This document shows positions 1 through 11,261 of a stretch of DNA of 64,000 bases, in pieces. Below the pieces are notes generated by a model. The model saw nothing but the letters and a program-made list of their open reading frames with translations, made no database searches and was not told the origin of the DNA. Positions within the stretch are counted from its first letter, which is position 1; the number at the start of each line of letters is the position of its first letter. The DNA comes from Monocercomonoides exilis PA203 (lineage: Eukaryota > Protista > Preaxostyla). The stretch lies in contig LSRY02000012.1 in NCBI GenBank assembly GCA_001643675.2, forward strand, positions 1,674,001 through 1,738,000, in the 5' to 3' direction. A program made the position numbers and the translations under genes.

Positions 1-1689
1 AGAAGACGTGGCTGTGTTGTCTCCTTCCAAATACTTTCTTCTCTTCGCCTCGTCTTTCAATCTTCGATACGCCTCCATCTGCTGCCTGTGCTTTGCCTCG
101 CGCACAGCCTTCTCCTTCGCCTTCTGCATCGCCCGCTCAATCTCTGCCTTTCTGTCAATTCTCTTCTTCCTCTTCCTCTCCCTCCTCTCCCTCCTCACCC
201 TCTCTTCCTCGTCTTCCTCTGCCTTCTCCTTCTGCACCCTCCCTCTTCTCCTCCTCGCCTCCTCCTCTTCCTTCCTCTCTGCCTCCATCTTCTTCTCTCT
301 CTCCATCTCAATCGCCCTCTCCAGCAGCTTCACCACTGACACATCCCTCGTCACCACAGACTTCCCTCTCTTCCTCTCTTCCTCTTCTTCTTCTTCTGTC
401 CTCCTCCGCCCTCTCCTTCCTGTGTGGTGCATCAGAGACGCCAGCCTCGCTATCTTCTCTTCTTCTCTCTGCGCAATCGCCTTCTTCTTTGCCCTCTCTT
501 TCTCTTCTCTTGCTCTCTCTTCTTTCTCTCTCTCAATCTCTTTCTGTGCTTCTGCTTCTGCTTCTGCTTCTGCATCCTTTTGGGTGTCTGATGAACCTTT
601 TGCTTCCTCTTTCACTTCTGCTTTGTTGTTTTCATCTTCTTTTCCTTTCTCTTTTTCCTTCTCTTTTTCTTTTGCATCTCCTCCTTCTTCCTCTTTCTTT
701 TCTTTCCCATCTCCTTCCTTTTCCTTCTCTTTCTCTTTCTCCTTCTCCTTCTCCTTCTCCTTCTCACCATCTTCTTCTGAACGTGCAGGCGACAGTGACA
801 AAAGAGGCCGTCTTCGCATAATGTCACGAGAAGGAATGTAAATCGGAGGAGAACTCGAATAAGCGTGTCTGAATGAGATGGCTGTTGAGAAGAGGCTTCT
901 GTGTGAGTGTGAAGAAGGAAGCAGATGGGAGTCGTCAACCAGATATTCTGTGTGCCCTGCTGCTGATATTCTCGCGAGGATGCGCTGCAGCGACGAGGCA
1001 AATGTGGATGTGTTTGGCAGAATGGTGGAGACGACAGAGGCAGAAAAGGACACACCCACAGCTGTCTCCCTCAGTAGCGTCGGGGCTGCGCCGGGTGCCC
1101 CTCTCCGGATGCGCTTGTAGAGCTGGTGGGGAGGAAGAGCCTTTTCTCTGTTAGTGTCGTCGATGACACGCAGGCGCATGGCCTCGTTGAGCCAGGCGGA
1201 GTCGGTGCGGAAGACGAGTGTGGCGCCGAAGAAGGCCTGTTCGATGGAGAGGATGGAGTTGACGGTGAGGGGAGTGGACATGGGGGGAGAGGGGAGGGAG
1301 GGGGGAGGAAGGGAGAGATCACTGGGAAGTCAGAGAAGGAGTACTGGGGAGAGGGGGGAGAGGGGAGAGGGGGGGTGGGTGGGGAAGAGGAAGAGGAGGA
1401 AGAGGAGGAAGAAGAAGATGATGATGATGATGAGGGATCATTTGATGTATTCTCTTGTGTTGCATTTGTTCCATCTGTTTTGTCTTCTCCTTTTGGTTGG
1501 GTGTTTGTGTGTTCTTCTGTCGAATTCTGTTTCTCTTCTTTTTGTGTCTTTTCTCTTTCTTTTTCTGCTTCTTTGTTTGTGTTGTCATGTGATGGCTTTG
1601 TATCAACATTGCTTGAGGATTCATTATTTTGCTGATTGGTTGATGAAACATCAGATGAAGGAGATGAGGAGGAGGAAGAGGGAGAGGAA

Positions 1690-1724
<35 letters not shown>

Positions 1725-1737
1725 AGAAGAAGAAGAA

Positions 1738-1779
<42 letters not shown>

Positions 1780-3801
1780 GTAGAAGAAGATGAAGAAGAG
1801 GAGGAAGAAGATGATGATGATGAATTTTCTTTAGATGATGAAGATGATTTGTGTCTGTGAGGCTGCAGCTGAATGCGCTGCCCAGGGACCACAGCCAGTG
1901 CGCAGTCAGCCGTGTTCTCGCTGAACAGACAGAGGGGCACCAGAAAACCTGCCTGAAAAGAATACTCTCTGTTTCTGTGGTGCTCTCTCATCCGCGCTCG
2001 CATCTTCTCTTTCTCTTTCTCTTTCTCTTTCTCTTTCTCTTTCTCTTTCTCTTTCTCTTTATCTTTATCTTTATCTTTATCTTTATCTTTATCTTTATCT
2101 TTATCTTTTTCATTCTCTTTATCTTCATCATTGGCTGCTTCTTCTGCTTTTCCTTCGTTTTTAGCTTCTTTCTCATTCTTGTCGCTGTTTTTGCTGTCTT
2201 TCTGATCATTTTGCTTGTTTTCACTCAAATTTTGACTCTCCTCTTTCTTTTCAGCTTCGACTGTGTCTTGCTCTTTCTTTTCAGGTTCATCGTTTGTTTC
2301 TTCTTTCTTCTGCTTGTCTTCCTTGTTGATTTTGCTCTCATCGTCAGTTTCGTCTGCTTTCTTTTCTTTTTCTTTTTCTTTTTCTTTTTCATATTTTTCA
2401 TCTTTCTCTTTCTTTTCTTCTCCATCTTTATTATCAACTTTTGTCTTTTCATCCGCTTTTTTATCTTCTTCTTTCTTCTCCCCTTCTTTCTTCTCCCCTT
2501 CTTTCTTCTCCCCTTCTTTCTTCTCCCCTTCTTTCTTCTCCCCTTCTTTCTTCTCCCCTTCTTTCTTCTCCCCTTCTTTCTTCTCCCCTTCTTTCTTCTC
2601 CCCTTCTTTCTTCTCCCCTTCTTTTTTATCTTCTTCTTTCTTCTCCTCTTCTCTCTTCCCTTCCCCCTTCTTCTCCTCTTCTTTGTCTCGATCCACCTCA
2701 TTCGGAATCACATACGGCACAAGCAGCGATGGCATGGCAGTGATCCTCCGCAGTGACTCCCTCACTGCATCGCTGAATCTGCTCACCAGCATCTCTTCAT
2801 TCGCAGTCAAAAGCGTGCGCGTAAACGAGGATAAAGGAGCCACCATCTCAGGTGTTGGAGGCAGCGTGATCTTTCTCCCCGTAGATCTTATCTGCATAGC
2901 TAGAAATGATCTGGAAATAACACAACAAATTCAGAAGAAATAAGCACGGTTAGAAATGAAATGAAATTATTTATTTATAAATATAGGTTTTAAAATTTTT
3001 TAACTATTCAAATAAATCTCTACCTTACCAAACGTTTTGGATCCCTTAAAGATATATGAAACGGGAATGCAACGCTCTGAAATGTTGGTTGGTACAAGTA
3101 TTCAAAATCAGGAAAATTGTACGTTCCTTGTTGAGGCAACATCCGAACAGGATCAATTGGATAGAGATGGTGCAAATTTCTAAGTTCGGCAAACGGGAAA
3201 ACCTTTTCCACATTCCAATGATGTCTCTCTACAATAGCATTTCATGTGACAGTTAATTAAAACATAATTATGATACGACAAAAGCCAGAAGCATCAAATA
3301 CCTGAAGATAAAAGAATAATTATATCTGAATAATCTTTTGTATATTGTATCGATGAATTGAAAAGCATAAATTCAGGTCTTCTAGTTTCTTTTGGTGCAA
3401 AAGCCTGAACTTTTCCTTGAATATAACAAATTCTAAGCTTGAAATCAAGCAAATTTGCTAAATACTAAATTTTTTCATTTAATTTAGTGATAAAAGTAAA
3501 AAAGCAAGAATCTTACCTTTGCCTCGAGCGATCGAGATATTGTACGATCTTTAAAAGGAAAAATATTGACATCTGAACTTAGGAAAAAATTTAAATCTTC
3601 AATCTTTAAATTTCTCCATTTCACTGTTGGAAAAGCGGGTGCTATGCCCCAAAACCCCAAAGGCGCATGTTTTGCGGATGATTGTTGCTCTTGGGTTTCT
3701 GGAGATGCACTTTCTTGAGATTCCAGAGCTTCAATAATATTTGGAAAATAAAATTTCTCAATTGCCATAATATAACTTTTTAACATTTTTTCCATTTTCA
3801 T
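1..3801 (-). CDS. Multi-exon hypothetical protein with long Glu/Lys- and Ser-rich low-complexity tracts; runs off the window start; apparent frameshift near 1282-1312
   Basis: Exons ~3801-3518, ~3438-3302, ~3228-3024 and ~2910 onward join in frame through GT-AG introns. A second open frame (MSTPLTVNSILSIEQAFFGATLVFRTDSAWLNEAMRLRVIDD...RHAYSSSPPIYIPSRDIMRRR...) runs from 1281 toward the window start. No family recognised. Confidence 0.7.
2470..2625 (-). repeat. 15-bp coding tandem repeat (about 10 copies) encoding EGEKK
   Basis: (CCCTTCTTTCTTCTC)n on the + strand; the ORF translation shows (EGEKK)n. Confidence 0.9.
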
Positions 3802-3967
3802 TTTTAAAAAGGAAAACACAAGTTATTATTTATGCATTATTTCATAATATTTATAAAAAAACAAAATACAAAAAGTGGTGTTCTATAATAGTTATAAATA
3901 ATTGATTTGATTAAAACATAAAACTATCTCTCAGAAACAAGTTACTTTTAATAGAATATTCAATTAT

Positions 3968-5101
3968 TTAGAAGCATTTTCTGTGGACAATTGATGGTCC
4001 AGATTCGTCGTATTCCTCCTTTGAGATCCACATTTGCTGGAAGGTGTTCAATGAAGCAAGAATAGAACCACCAATCCACACAGAGTATTTTCTCTCTGGT
4101 GGAGCTGTGATCTTGATCTTCATGGCTGATGGAGCAAGGGTGACCAACTCTTTGTTCAGACGTTCAGCAATTCCGTTGAACATGGTGGTACCTCCAGAAA
4201 GAACAACATTGAGGTACAAGTCCTTTCTGATATCAACATCGCATTTCATGATTGATTGGAAGGTCTTCTCATGAACACCTGTTTCCTCAAGACCAATCAT
4301 GTTGGGTTGGAACAATGTTTCTGGGCATCTGAATCTTTCGTTTCCAATGGTGATAATTTGTCCATCGGGCATTTCGTATGTCTTGTCAATGGCTGATGAG
4401 GAAGCAGCAGTTTCCATTTCAGCTGCAAAGTCAAGAGCAACATAGCACAATTTCTCCTTGATATCACGAACAATTTCACGTTCGGCTGTTGTGCGGAATG
4501 AATATCCACGTTCAGTGAGGATCTTCATCAGCATTTCAGTCAGATCACGACCAGCCATATCAAGACGGATGATAGCATGTGGCAAGTTGTATCCTTCATA
4601 GATTGGAACAGTGTGTGACACACCATCACCAGAATCGAGCACAATACCAGTTGTACGTCCTGTGGCATACAATGAAAGCACAGCCTGGATCTGAACATAC
4701 ATGGCTGGAACATTGAATGTTTCGAACATGATTGTGGTCATCTTCTCTCTGTTGGCCTTTGGATTCAATGGAGCTTCAGTCAACAACACTGGATGGTCTT
4801 CTGGTCCAACACGCAACTCGTTGTAGAAAGTGTGATGCCAGATCTTTTCCATTTCTTCCCAGTTGTTAACGATACCGTGTTCAATGGGATAGTGCAGTGC
4901 AAGAATACCTCTTCTCAGTTGTGCTTCATCTCCAATGTAGCACTCTTTGTCTCCTGATCCAAGAATAATTGTTGATGTCTTTGGACGACCAACGATGCTT
5001 GGGAACACAGCGCGGGGTGCATCGTCTCCTGCAAATCCGGCTTTGCACATACCAGATCCATTATCAACAACCAATGATGATGTTTGTGAGTCTTCAGACA
5101 T
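3968..5101 (-). CDS. ACT: Actin (377 aa, no intron in the CDS)
   Basis: Canonical actin motifs [55 protein letters not shown] and [18 protein letters not shown], ending IVHRKCF-TAA. ATG at 5101. Confidence 0.99.
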   Translation of the reverse strand: MSEDSQTSSLVVDNGSGMCKAGFAGDDAPRAVFPSIVGRPKTSTIILGSGDKECYIGDEAQLRRGILALHYPIEHGIVNNWEEMEKIWHHTFYNELRVGPEDHPVLLTEAPLNPKANREKMTTIMFETFNVPAMYVQIQAVLSLYATGRTTGIVLDSGDGVSHTVPIYEGYNLPHAIIRLDMAGRDLTEMLMKILTERGYSFRTTAEREIVRDIKEKLCYVALDFAAEMETAASSSAIDKTYEMPDGQIITIGNERFRCPETLFQPNMIGLEETGVHEKTFQSIMKCDVDIRKDLYLNVVLSGGTTMFNGIAERLNKELVTLAPSAMKIKITAPPERKYSVWIGGSILASLNTFQQMWISKEEYDESGPSIVHRKCF

Positions 5102-5498
5102 GTTACTAACAAGAATCAAATGTCAATTCGATCTGTCTTAATGTTTCGTACATTACTTATTTAAGAAACATCACCTAAAATGGTATGATCAAATAAAAAA
5201 TTTTAAATATTTGACAAATTTTTGATAATTGTGAGAGTTTTAAATTTCATATCTTTCAACAATATTTTATTTTTATTTTTTGAAAAAATCAAAAGTTTGA
5301 AATGAAGTATCAATTTTTCTTCTGATTATGAGAGTTACTTTTTTTATATCCGTCTTTTCTTTTTTGAAAAGTTTTTTTTGTTTAATTTTCAAATATAGAA
5401 ATTTTTTCATATTTCGATCAAATTTCTGTTCCCACTCACAAAACTTCACAAAAGTGGAAATATTTTCTTTGTCAATACAGATATCGCATAAAATACCG

Positions 5499-5853
5499 GA
5501 CATCGCACAAAATACCTGACAAGATCGATTTCTCAACAACCGCAACAGGAATAATTTTGTTAATTTTCCTCAAAATATATATCATCAATACAAACTCATT
5601 TGATACTCATAACTTTCAAAATAGCCTCAATTGTGCTCAGAAAAAATAAATGATTGAAATTTTGGAGAAATTGGATTTTTAGTTTCTCCGAGATTTCAAA
5701 AATAATTTTTTATGAGCACAAATGAAGCTATTTTGAAAGTCTCGTTCATCAAATGAGTTTGCGTCGATGAGATATATTTTGAGGAAATTTTTTCTAATTT
5801 TTCCTCTTGCGGTTGTTGTGAAATCCATCTTGTCCGGTATTTTGTGCGATGTC
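5499..5853. repeat. Long imperfect palindrome (foldback/MITE-like), ~170-bp arms, ~10-nt loop near 5671-5682
   Basis: Left arm GACATCGCACAAAATACCTGACAAGATCGATTTCTCAACAACCGCAA...TTTCCTCAAAATATAT...CAAACTCATTTGAT...ACTTTCAAAATAGC...TTGTGCTCA...GGAGAAA matches the reverse complement of 5683-5853 colinearly. Confidence 0.9.
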
Positions 5854-6715
5854 TGCATTTTCCCCGAATGAAAAAGACGGGAAAACAAATCTATTTGACA
5901 GAAATTAAATATTCCCTTTCTTGATGTAACTTTCTTTCTGGTGAATTGTGATCAAAATTTAATAAGCATTTCGAATATTATTTCGAACCTGTCGCTTCAC
6001 TCTAATATGCTATTTATTTTTGATTTTGTGTTAATTATATACCAACTTGCGAAATATTGTGTTAATTCATTAAACAATACTTCATTTTTGAGAAGCAATT
6101 TTCATTTAACAACTAATGATGCAAAAAATTTAACCTTTCATTTTTTTTCACATAATTTCAAATGTTCGGTTTTGTTGAATTAAATTAAAAATGTGAAAAG
6201 TGCAGAAGAAGAAAAATAAGAAAATGTGATTGGCTTAAATATACGTGTTAAATGCATCAAAAAGTGCAAGCGGAAAAAAAAAAAAAAATGGATGATCTAT
6301 TGATAAGTGCTCGGATGAGCAACATAACAAAGATATGAAAAGAATACAAAATGTTAAACAGCACTTTGATAAGGATTGCAACAGTTTCATAATGAAGTAC
6401 ACAATTAAAAAACACAAAGTACGATATTTAACATATCATCTGTCAAAAATTTCAAAAAAAAATTCTGGTATCCAATTTACCAGCAAGCATAACTCTACAT
6501 GTGATGCGAACATTTAAGAAGAAAGGCTCCTTTGCTTTCCAGTAGACTCCAAAAACCCGCGAAGTTTTTTCAGATTTTCCCATTTGAACTTTCGCTCCAA
6601 TACGTTCGCCATACACTCTCAATTAATTTTATTCCATCCATCGCATTTTTATGCAAAATACGATTCTGAGCCTTTTCGTCACTCCCTCTGCCTTCTTTCC
6701 TTTGTTCCCCCTTTT

Positions 6716-7885
6716 TTACAAAAATTGCATTGCCAGGGTCAAAACAGACACCAGCGCCACAAACAGCCGCCCACCTGCCTTGTTCCACAAAGGTCTCCAT
6801 CCAAATGCCCCAGACGCATATCTCAGATCCACCACAGTTGCTGAATATTCACTTGCCCTCCGAAAGTTAAAGAATGTTTTCTCTTCTATTTTGAACACAC
6901 AATTCAAATCCTTGTCGTACTCAATCCCTCTGATGCTCCCCAATTGTCTTTTCGCAGCAGAAGATGAAGATGAAGAGATATACGATGTATCAAAGCACTT
7001 GGAGTTAGAAAATACCAAATAATAACGCTGGTCCCCTTCAACGCCCCAGCCAAGCACGACTAACTTGGCTGCATTCCCATATGCATAACTTGTTGAGTTG
7101 TAGACCTTTGAGTCGTCCCATGATGTGATAAAGTTGCTCCAATCAGATCCTTCAAGCATTGCATCTCCTTCCATAGAAACTGGCCCAAACGTTACAAGAA
7201 GCTTTCTTAGATCTGCATGAGATCTGATTTTTGCAGATCCCTTACCCATGCCAGGTGCATAACGCTTGCAGCTTGGGCACGATTCTGGAACTGATGCATC
7301 AGCATCCACACAATCTACCCCAACAATACCAGTAAAAAACAGTCCATCTGAAATATCATAGCCGTATGGATTCGGCTGATCTATCCAATCGCATCCGATG
7401 GGGACATAGCCTGAATCTGGTCCCGAACGCATCTCCGGGATACAAGACAGGATGCCAGGCAGAGACGGAAATGTATCCATCGATTTATCTCTCGCATGAG
7501 CACCCAAAATATACAGCTTGACGTTTTCATCCACCACATCGTAGACCATATCGCATGAGGATGAAGCAGTATAATAATACGGGTGTGAAATCTTTAGCTT
7601 ACGCAGTCTGTTGTATGAAATCACTGAAAATGACTTTGAACTTGAACTCTCCTTCGTCCACGGATTCTCCGTCGGATATTTCGTATATTGTGTATATTTT
7701 AGCGAAGGATATCCTAATTCAGAAACACTCGGTCTATACAACCAGAAAACAATTTTGTCCCAATCGCTATTCGACTGCCTGGCATTTTGCCGCTCGGCAC
7801 CCTTCCTGTCTGAATTCAACGAATTTGTTTCTGCACAGATGACACGCTGCCATTCAGCAACCACCATTAACGCGATGAACAACAT
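6716..7885 (-). CDS. Secreted or GPI-anchored papain (C1A)-like protein, probably catalytically inactive (389 aa)
   Basis: N-terminal signal-like MLFIALMVVAEWQRVICA. LLVTFGPVSM and AAKLVVLGWGVEGDQRYYLVFSNS resemble the C1A GPV and HAV.IVGWG....YW.VKNSW segments. Hydrophobic C-terminus LFVALVSVLTLAMQFL. Confidence 0.55.
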   Translation of the reverse strand: MLFIALMVVAEWQRVICAETNSLNSDRKGAERQNARQSNSDWDKIVFWLYRPSVSELGYPSLKYTQYTKYPTENPWTKESSSSKSFSVISYNRLRKLKISHPYYYTASSSCDMVYDVVDENVKLYILGAHARDKSMDTFPSLPGILSCIPEMRSGPDSGYVPIGCDWIDQPNPYGYDISDGLFFTGIVGVDCVDADASVPESCPSCKRYAPGMGKGSAKIRSHADLRKLLVTFGPVSMEGDAMLEGSDWSNFITSWDDSKVYNSTSYAYGNAAKLVVLGWGVEGDQRYYLVFSNSKCFDTSYISSSSSSAAKRQLGSIRGIEYDKDLNCVFKIEEKTFFNFRRASEYSATVVDLRYASGAFGWRPLWNKAGGRLFVALVSVLTLAMQFL

Positions 7886-8082
7886 TCTTTTTCTTTCACA
7901 CAACTTGCAATACGCGATATAGGGTCTGCAGATCTGACTTCTCATTTTCGTGCCATTCTGTTTCCCGCATGCACATCTATATCAGCAGGCGATATGTTTT
8001 CGGAGGCACTTTTATTATGCGTTCCGTGTGATCTGAGGATCGGTAATTTGGGGATACCGAGAGACAGGAAGAGGACAGGCTG

Positions 8083-9624
8083 ATGCGAAGAGTGGGAACA
8101 GACGTGCTGAAAGAAGCGAACTATGTAAACGAGGACCCGCTGCCGGTGGCGGAGCGGGAGCACCTGGAGGAGCGGTTTCAGATATCGTGGGACAAGTTCT
8201 ATCATGTTTGGGCAAGATATAAAAGTTTTTTTGTTTTGACGGGGTTGGGCGATTATGCAAGAAAAACTCGGTGAACTTTTTCAAAGAGCGCCACTGGCTG
8301 ACGCGGGAGTTTCCCGAGCTTCTGGGCAGCGAAAAAGGGGCTTTGAAGGTGCTGGTCGAGGTCGGGTGCGGGACAGGAAGCACGTGTGCTGTTTCTAAGT
8401 TATTGGAGGAGCGGGAAAATGATATATTTTTTTCCTCAGGATATACCCTTTGATAAAGAGAAACCCGAGCTTGTTTGTCCATGCGTTTGATTTGTCCACC
8501 CGAGCCGTGACGTTTGTGAAGGTTTCCATTTTCGTTCTTGCACATGCAAGTTTCATGCAAACAATAATTTTAAAATTAAATGAAAAAATATGAATTTTTT
8601 TTTTGATTTTTTTTTTGATTTTTTTTTTGATTTTTTCTGTTTTTCTGTTTTTCTGTGTGTTTCTGTGGAAGACCCATCGGCGCTATTCGAAGGATCGGGT
8701 CAATGCGTTTGTGTGGGACATCGCAAAAGCGCCTGTTCCGTCGATGATGAAGGTGCCGGTATGTTGAGTGTTGGGTCCTGTGAAAGGCACTTTTGGGAGA
8801 GAAGCGATTTTTGTTTTGAGGTTCATGGTTCTGTTTTTTCTGAATGAAATGGCAGCCAAGCCAGGCGAGAGCTTTTTTTTTTTGAATGCAAAAATATTTA
8901 TTTTATTTTATTTTTATTTGACCGTTGTGGGGTTGATGATTTTGCATTTTGCATTGGGATTGGGATTGGGATTGGGATTGGGATTGGGATAGAGCGAAGG
9001 GGCAGATCTGATGACGTGCATTTTTGTTGTGTCTGCGATTGCGCCGCAGCACATCGGGGGTGTGTTTGTGCGGCTGAGCCGGCTGTTGAAGGTGGGAGGG
9101 CTGCTGCTGTATCGCGACTATTATCCTGGAGACCACTCGCAGCTGCGCTTTGGGAAAGGACACCGGCTGGGCGAAAACTACCACCGGAGAGGCGACGGGA
9201 CAACCACGAAGTTCTGGAGCGAGGGTTTGGAGACAGAGATGGAGAGGGACATTTTGTGGGGGAGCTTTTTTACTCTTGCTGCTATTTCTGTTGTTGTTGT
9301 TGTGTTTCATTTCATTTCTTTTCTTTTCGTTTCTTATTTGATTTGCTATTTCTGTTGCACAATCAATGCTTCTGCATCCATTGATGAATACATTGACATG
9401 AACATGCTCGGAAACAGAGGAGCTGACCAAGATTGCAGAAGAGGCAGGGTTTGAAAAGGTGCGGGCAGTGGTTGTGGAGAAGCATGTGGAAAACAGGCAA
9501 AACAAAACAGAGATGGATCGGAAATGGCTGCAGGCAGTGTTCAGGTTTGTGTGCAGCAAAGAAAGCATTCCATTTTCTGTTCATGCAAACTGCCTGCTTT
9601 TATTTCGATTTGCTTTTCTGTTCT

Positions 9625-9656
<32 letters not shown>

Positions 9657-11022
9657 GAATTCTTCAAATTGATTGCTTCCATCCCCTTCGCTGCAACACT
9701 CGAACGTCCTGGTGTGAAACTGGCCCTTCTGCTCATTCGACGGCATCTCAAAACAAAACAGGAAAACACGAACAGTTGCATTTTGTGAAGAAGACAAGAA
9801 AGCACTCGACTTGTTCGATGCACATCACCCTGCTGATGGCTCATCTGTCTGCTTGCCTTCATCATCATCATCATCATCAACATCTTCTTCTTCTTCTTCC
9901 TCATTTTCTTCACATTCCACTTCACCCACAACAAGCACAGATGGATTGAGTGCCTTTGAATGTGGCTGTGTTGGGGAGTGCTGCAGAGAGGTGCCTCACA
10001 CAGCGTCTGGAGTGGCTGCAGCAGCTGGCTGGGCAGAGTGTCTTTTGGAGCTGCACCGGCTGAGCTTCTGCATGCAGCCGACGGAGAGGCTGCTGCAGTC
10101 GTGCTTCTTCTATCTGCTGAAGCGGCGGCTGAAAGAAGAGGAGAAGGAACTGAAGATAAAAGAGACAGCTGCAAAGGAGAAGAGGAGGCGCGAGGCAAAC
10201 GAAGCTGGAGGAAGCAGAAAGAAGGAAAAGGCAGAAGACAGAAAAGTCTGCACGAATGAAAAAGAAAAGGGAGAAATGGAAAGACAAGAGAATGAGAATG
10301 AGAATGAGGATGAGGATGAGGATGAGAATGAGAATGAGAATGAGAATGAGAATGAGGATGAGAGTGAGGGTGAGAGTGAGAATGAAAGTGGATGCAAGAA
10401 AGCAGACGATTTGGCAGCTTCTGCTGCTGATGGGGCAATTGCATCTTCCTCCTCATCTTCTTTTGAGCTTTTGGAGTATCTTCCCACGAAACTTCGCAAC
10501 AAGCAACGGAAAAGCCGAATCAACAGCGAGCTAAGTGGAGATGAAGAAGACGAGATAATCACACACATAACAGCCTCATCTGCCTCATCTGCCTCATCTG
10601 CCTCATCTGCCTCATCTGCCTCATCTGCCTCATCTCCTGTGCTTCCCCTTTCGATCCCTTTGACACGCGGGGAGTATCGACTGTGGGAAGGGGCAGGCTT
10701 TTGTGTGGACTCGACACTTTCTGTTGTGAGCGAGAAGTTTCTTGCAGCGCAGGTAGCGATTGCCGAGAAGAAGCGAGAAAAGAGCAGAAGAGCGAGCGAA
10801 AGGGAGGGCAGCAGGAAAGACAGAAAAGAGACAGAAAGAGGAGAGGGCGTTGAAACAGAAGCAGCAGAAGCAGGAGCAGAAGGCGAAGATGGGGAGAGGA
10901 GTGAGATTACGCCAGAAATGATTGTGAGGGCAAAGATTGGGTATCTGAACTATCACCAAGAAATGTCAAAGCACGCATCGCTCAAGCAAGACAGAGCAAA
11001 GCAAGAAGCGAGCTCGCCCTGA
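8083..11022 (+). CDS. METTL6: tRNA N3-methylcytidine (m3C32) methyltransferase, METTL2/6/8-Trm140 family, with a long C-terminal extension; 7 exons
   Basis: Spliced model: SWDKFYH|KNSVNFFKERHWLTREFPEL...LVEVGCGTGST|IYPLIKRNPSLFVHAFDLSTRAV|...NAFVWDI|...CIFVVSAIAP...LLKVGGLLLYRDY..GDHSQLRF...ENYHRRGDGT|...NRQNKTEMDRKWLQAVFR|KTRTVAF, continuing in frame into ORF 9811-11022. Assignment among METTL2/6/8 is uncertain. Confidence 0.9.
8953..8988 (+). repeat. (ATTGGG)6 telomere-like hexamer array at an intron 3' end
   Basis: Six perfect units followed directly by ATAG and the exon starting at 8993. Confidence 0.9.
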
Positions 11023-11261
11023 ACCCCAGCTGTCATGCATGAGACAAGTTTAACATGTTTTTTTATATTAGCTTTTTTTTTTAAATTGAAGTTATTCACT
11101 TCATTGCATAATCCACGAAAAAAACACGTCAAAAAGAAATTGGGCCATGTGCAGTTCCGGGCACTATTTTTTTTGTTCGATCTGAGGTGCAGCCCGGCTG
11201 AAAAGCGCAAGAACAGAAGACGAAAAAGAGGTTTTTGAGTTTGTGATCAGAACCATAGCAA

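Noticed and set aside
8-2943. Long plus-strand Ser/Phe/Leu-rich ORFs (8-841, 1851-2756, 2263-2943)
   Set aside because: Antisense shadows of the Glu/Lys-rich minus-strand gene; the low complexity lacks stop codons.
3968-3970. Alternative genetic code (TAA/TAG = Gln) as in some oxymonads and diplomonads
   Set aside because: Actin ends at its canonical KCF with TAA, and long ORFs of up to 3602 aa are open under the standard code.
8953-8988. Chromosome end or true telomere
   Set aside because: Only six units, intronic and internal to a gene.
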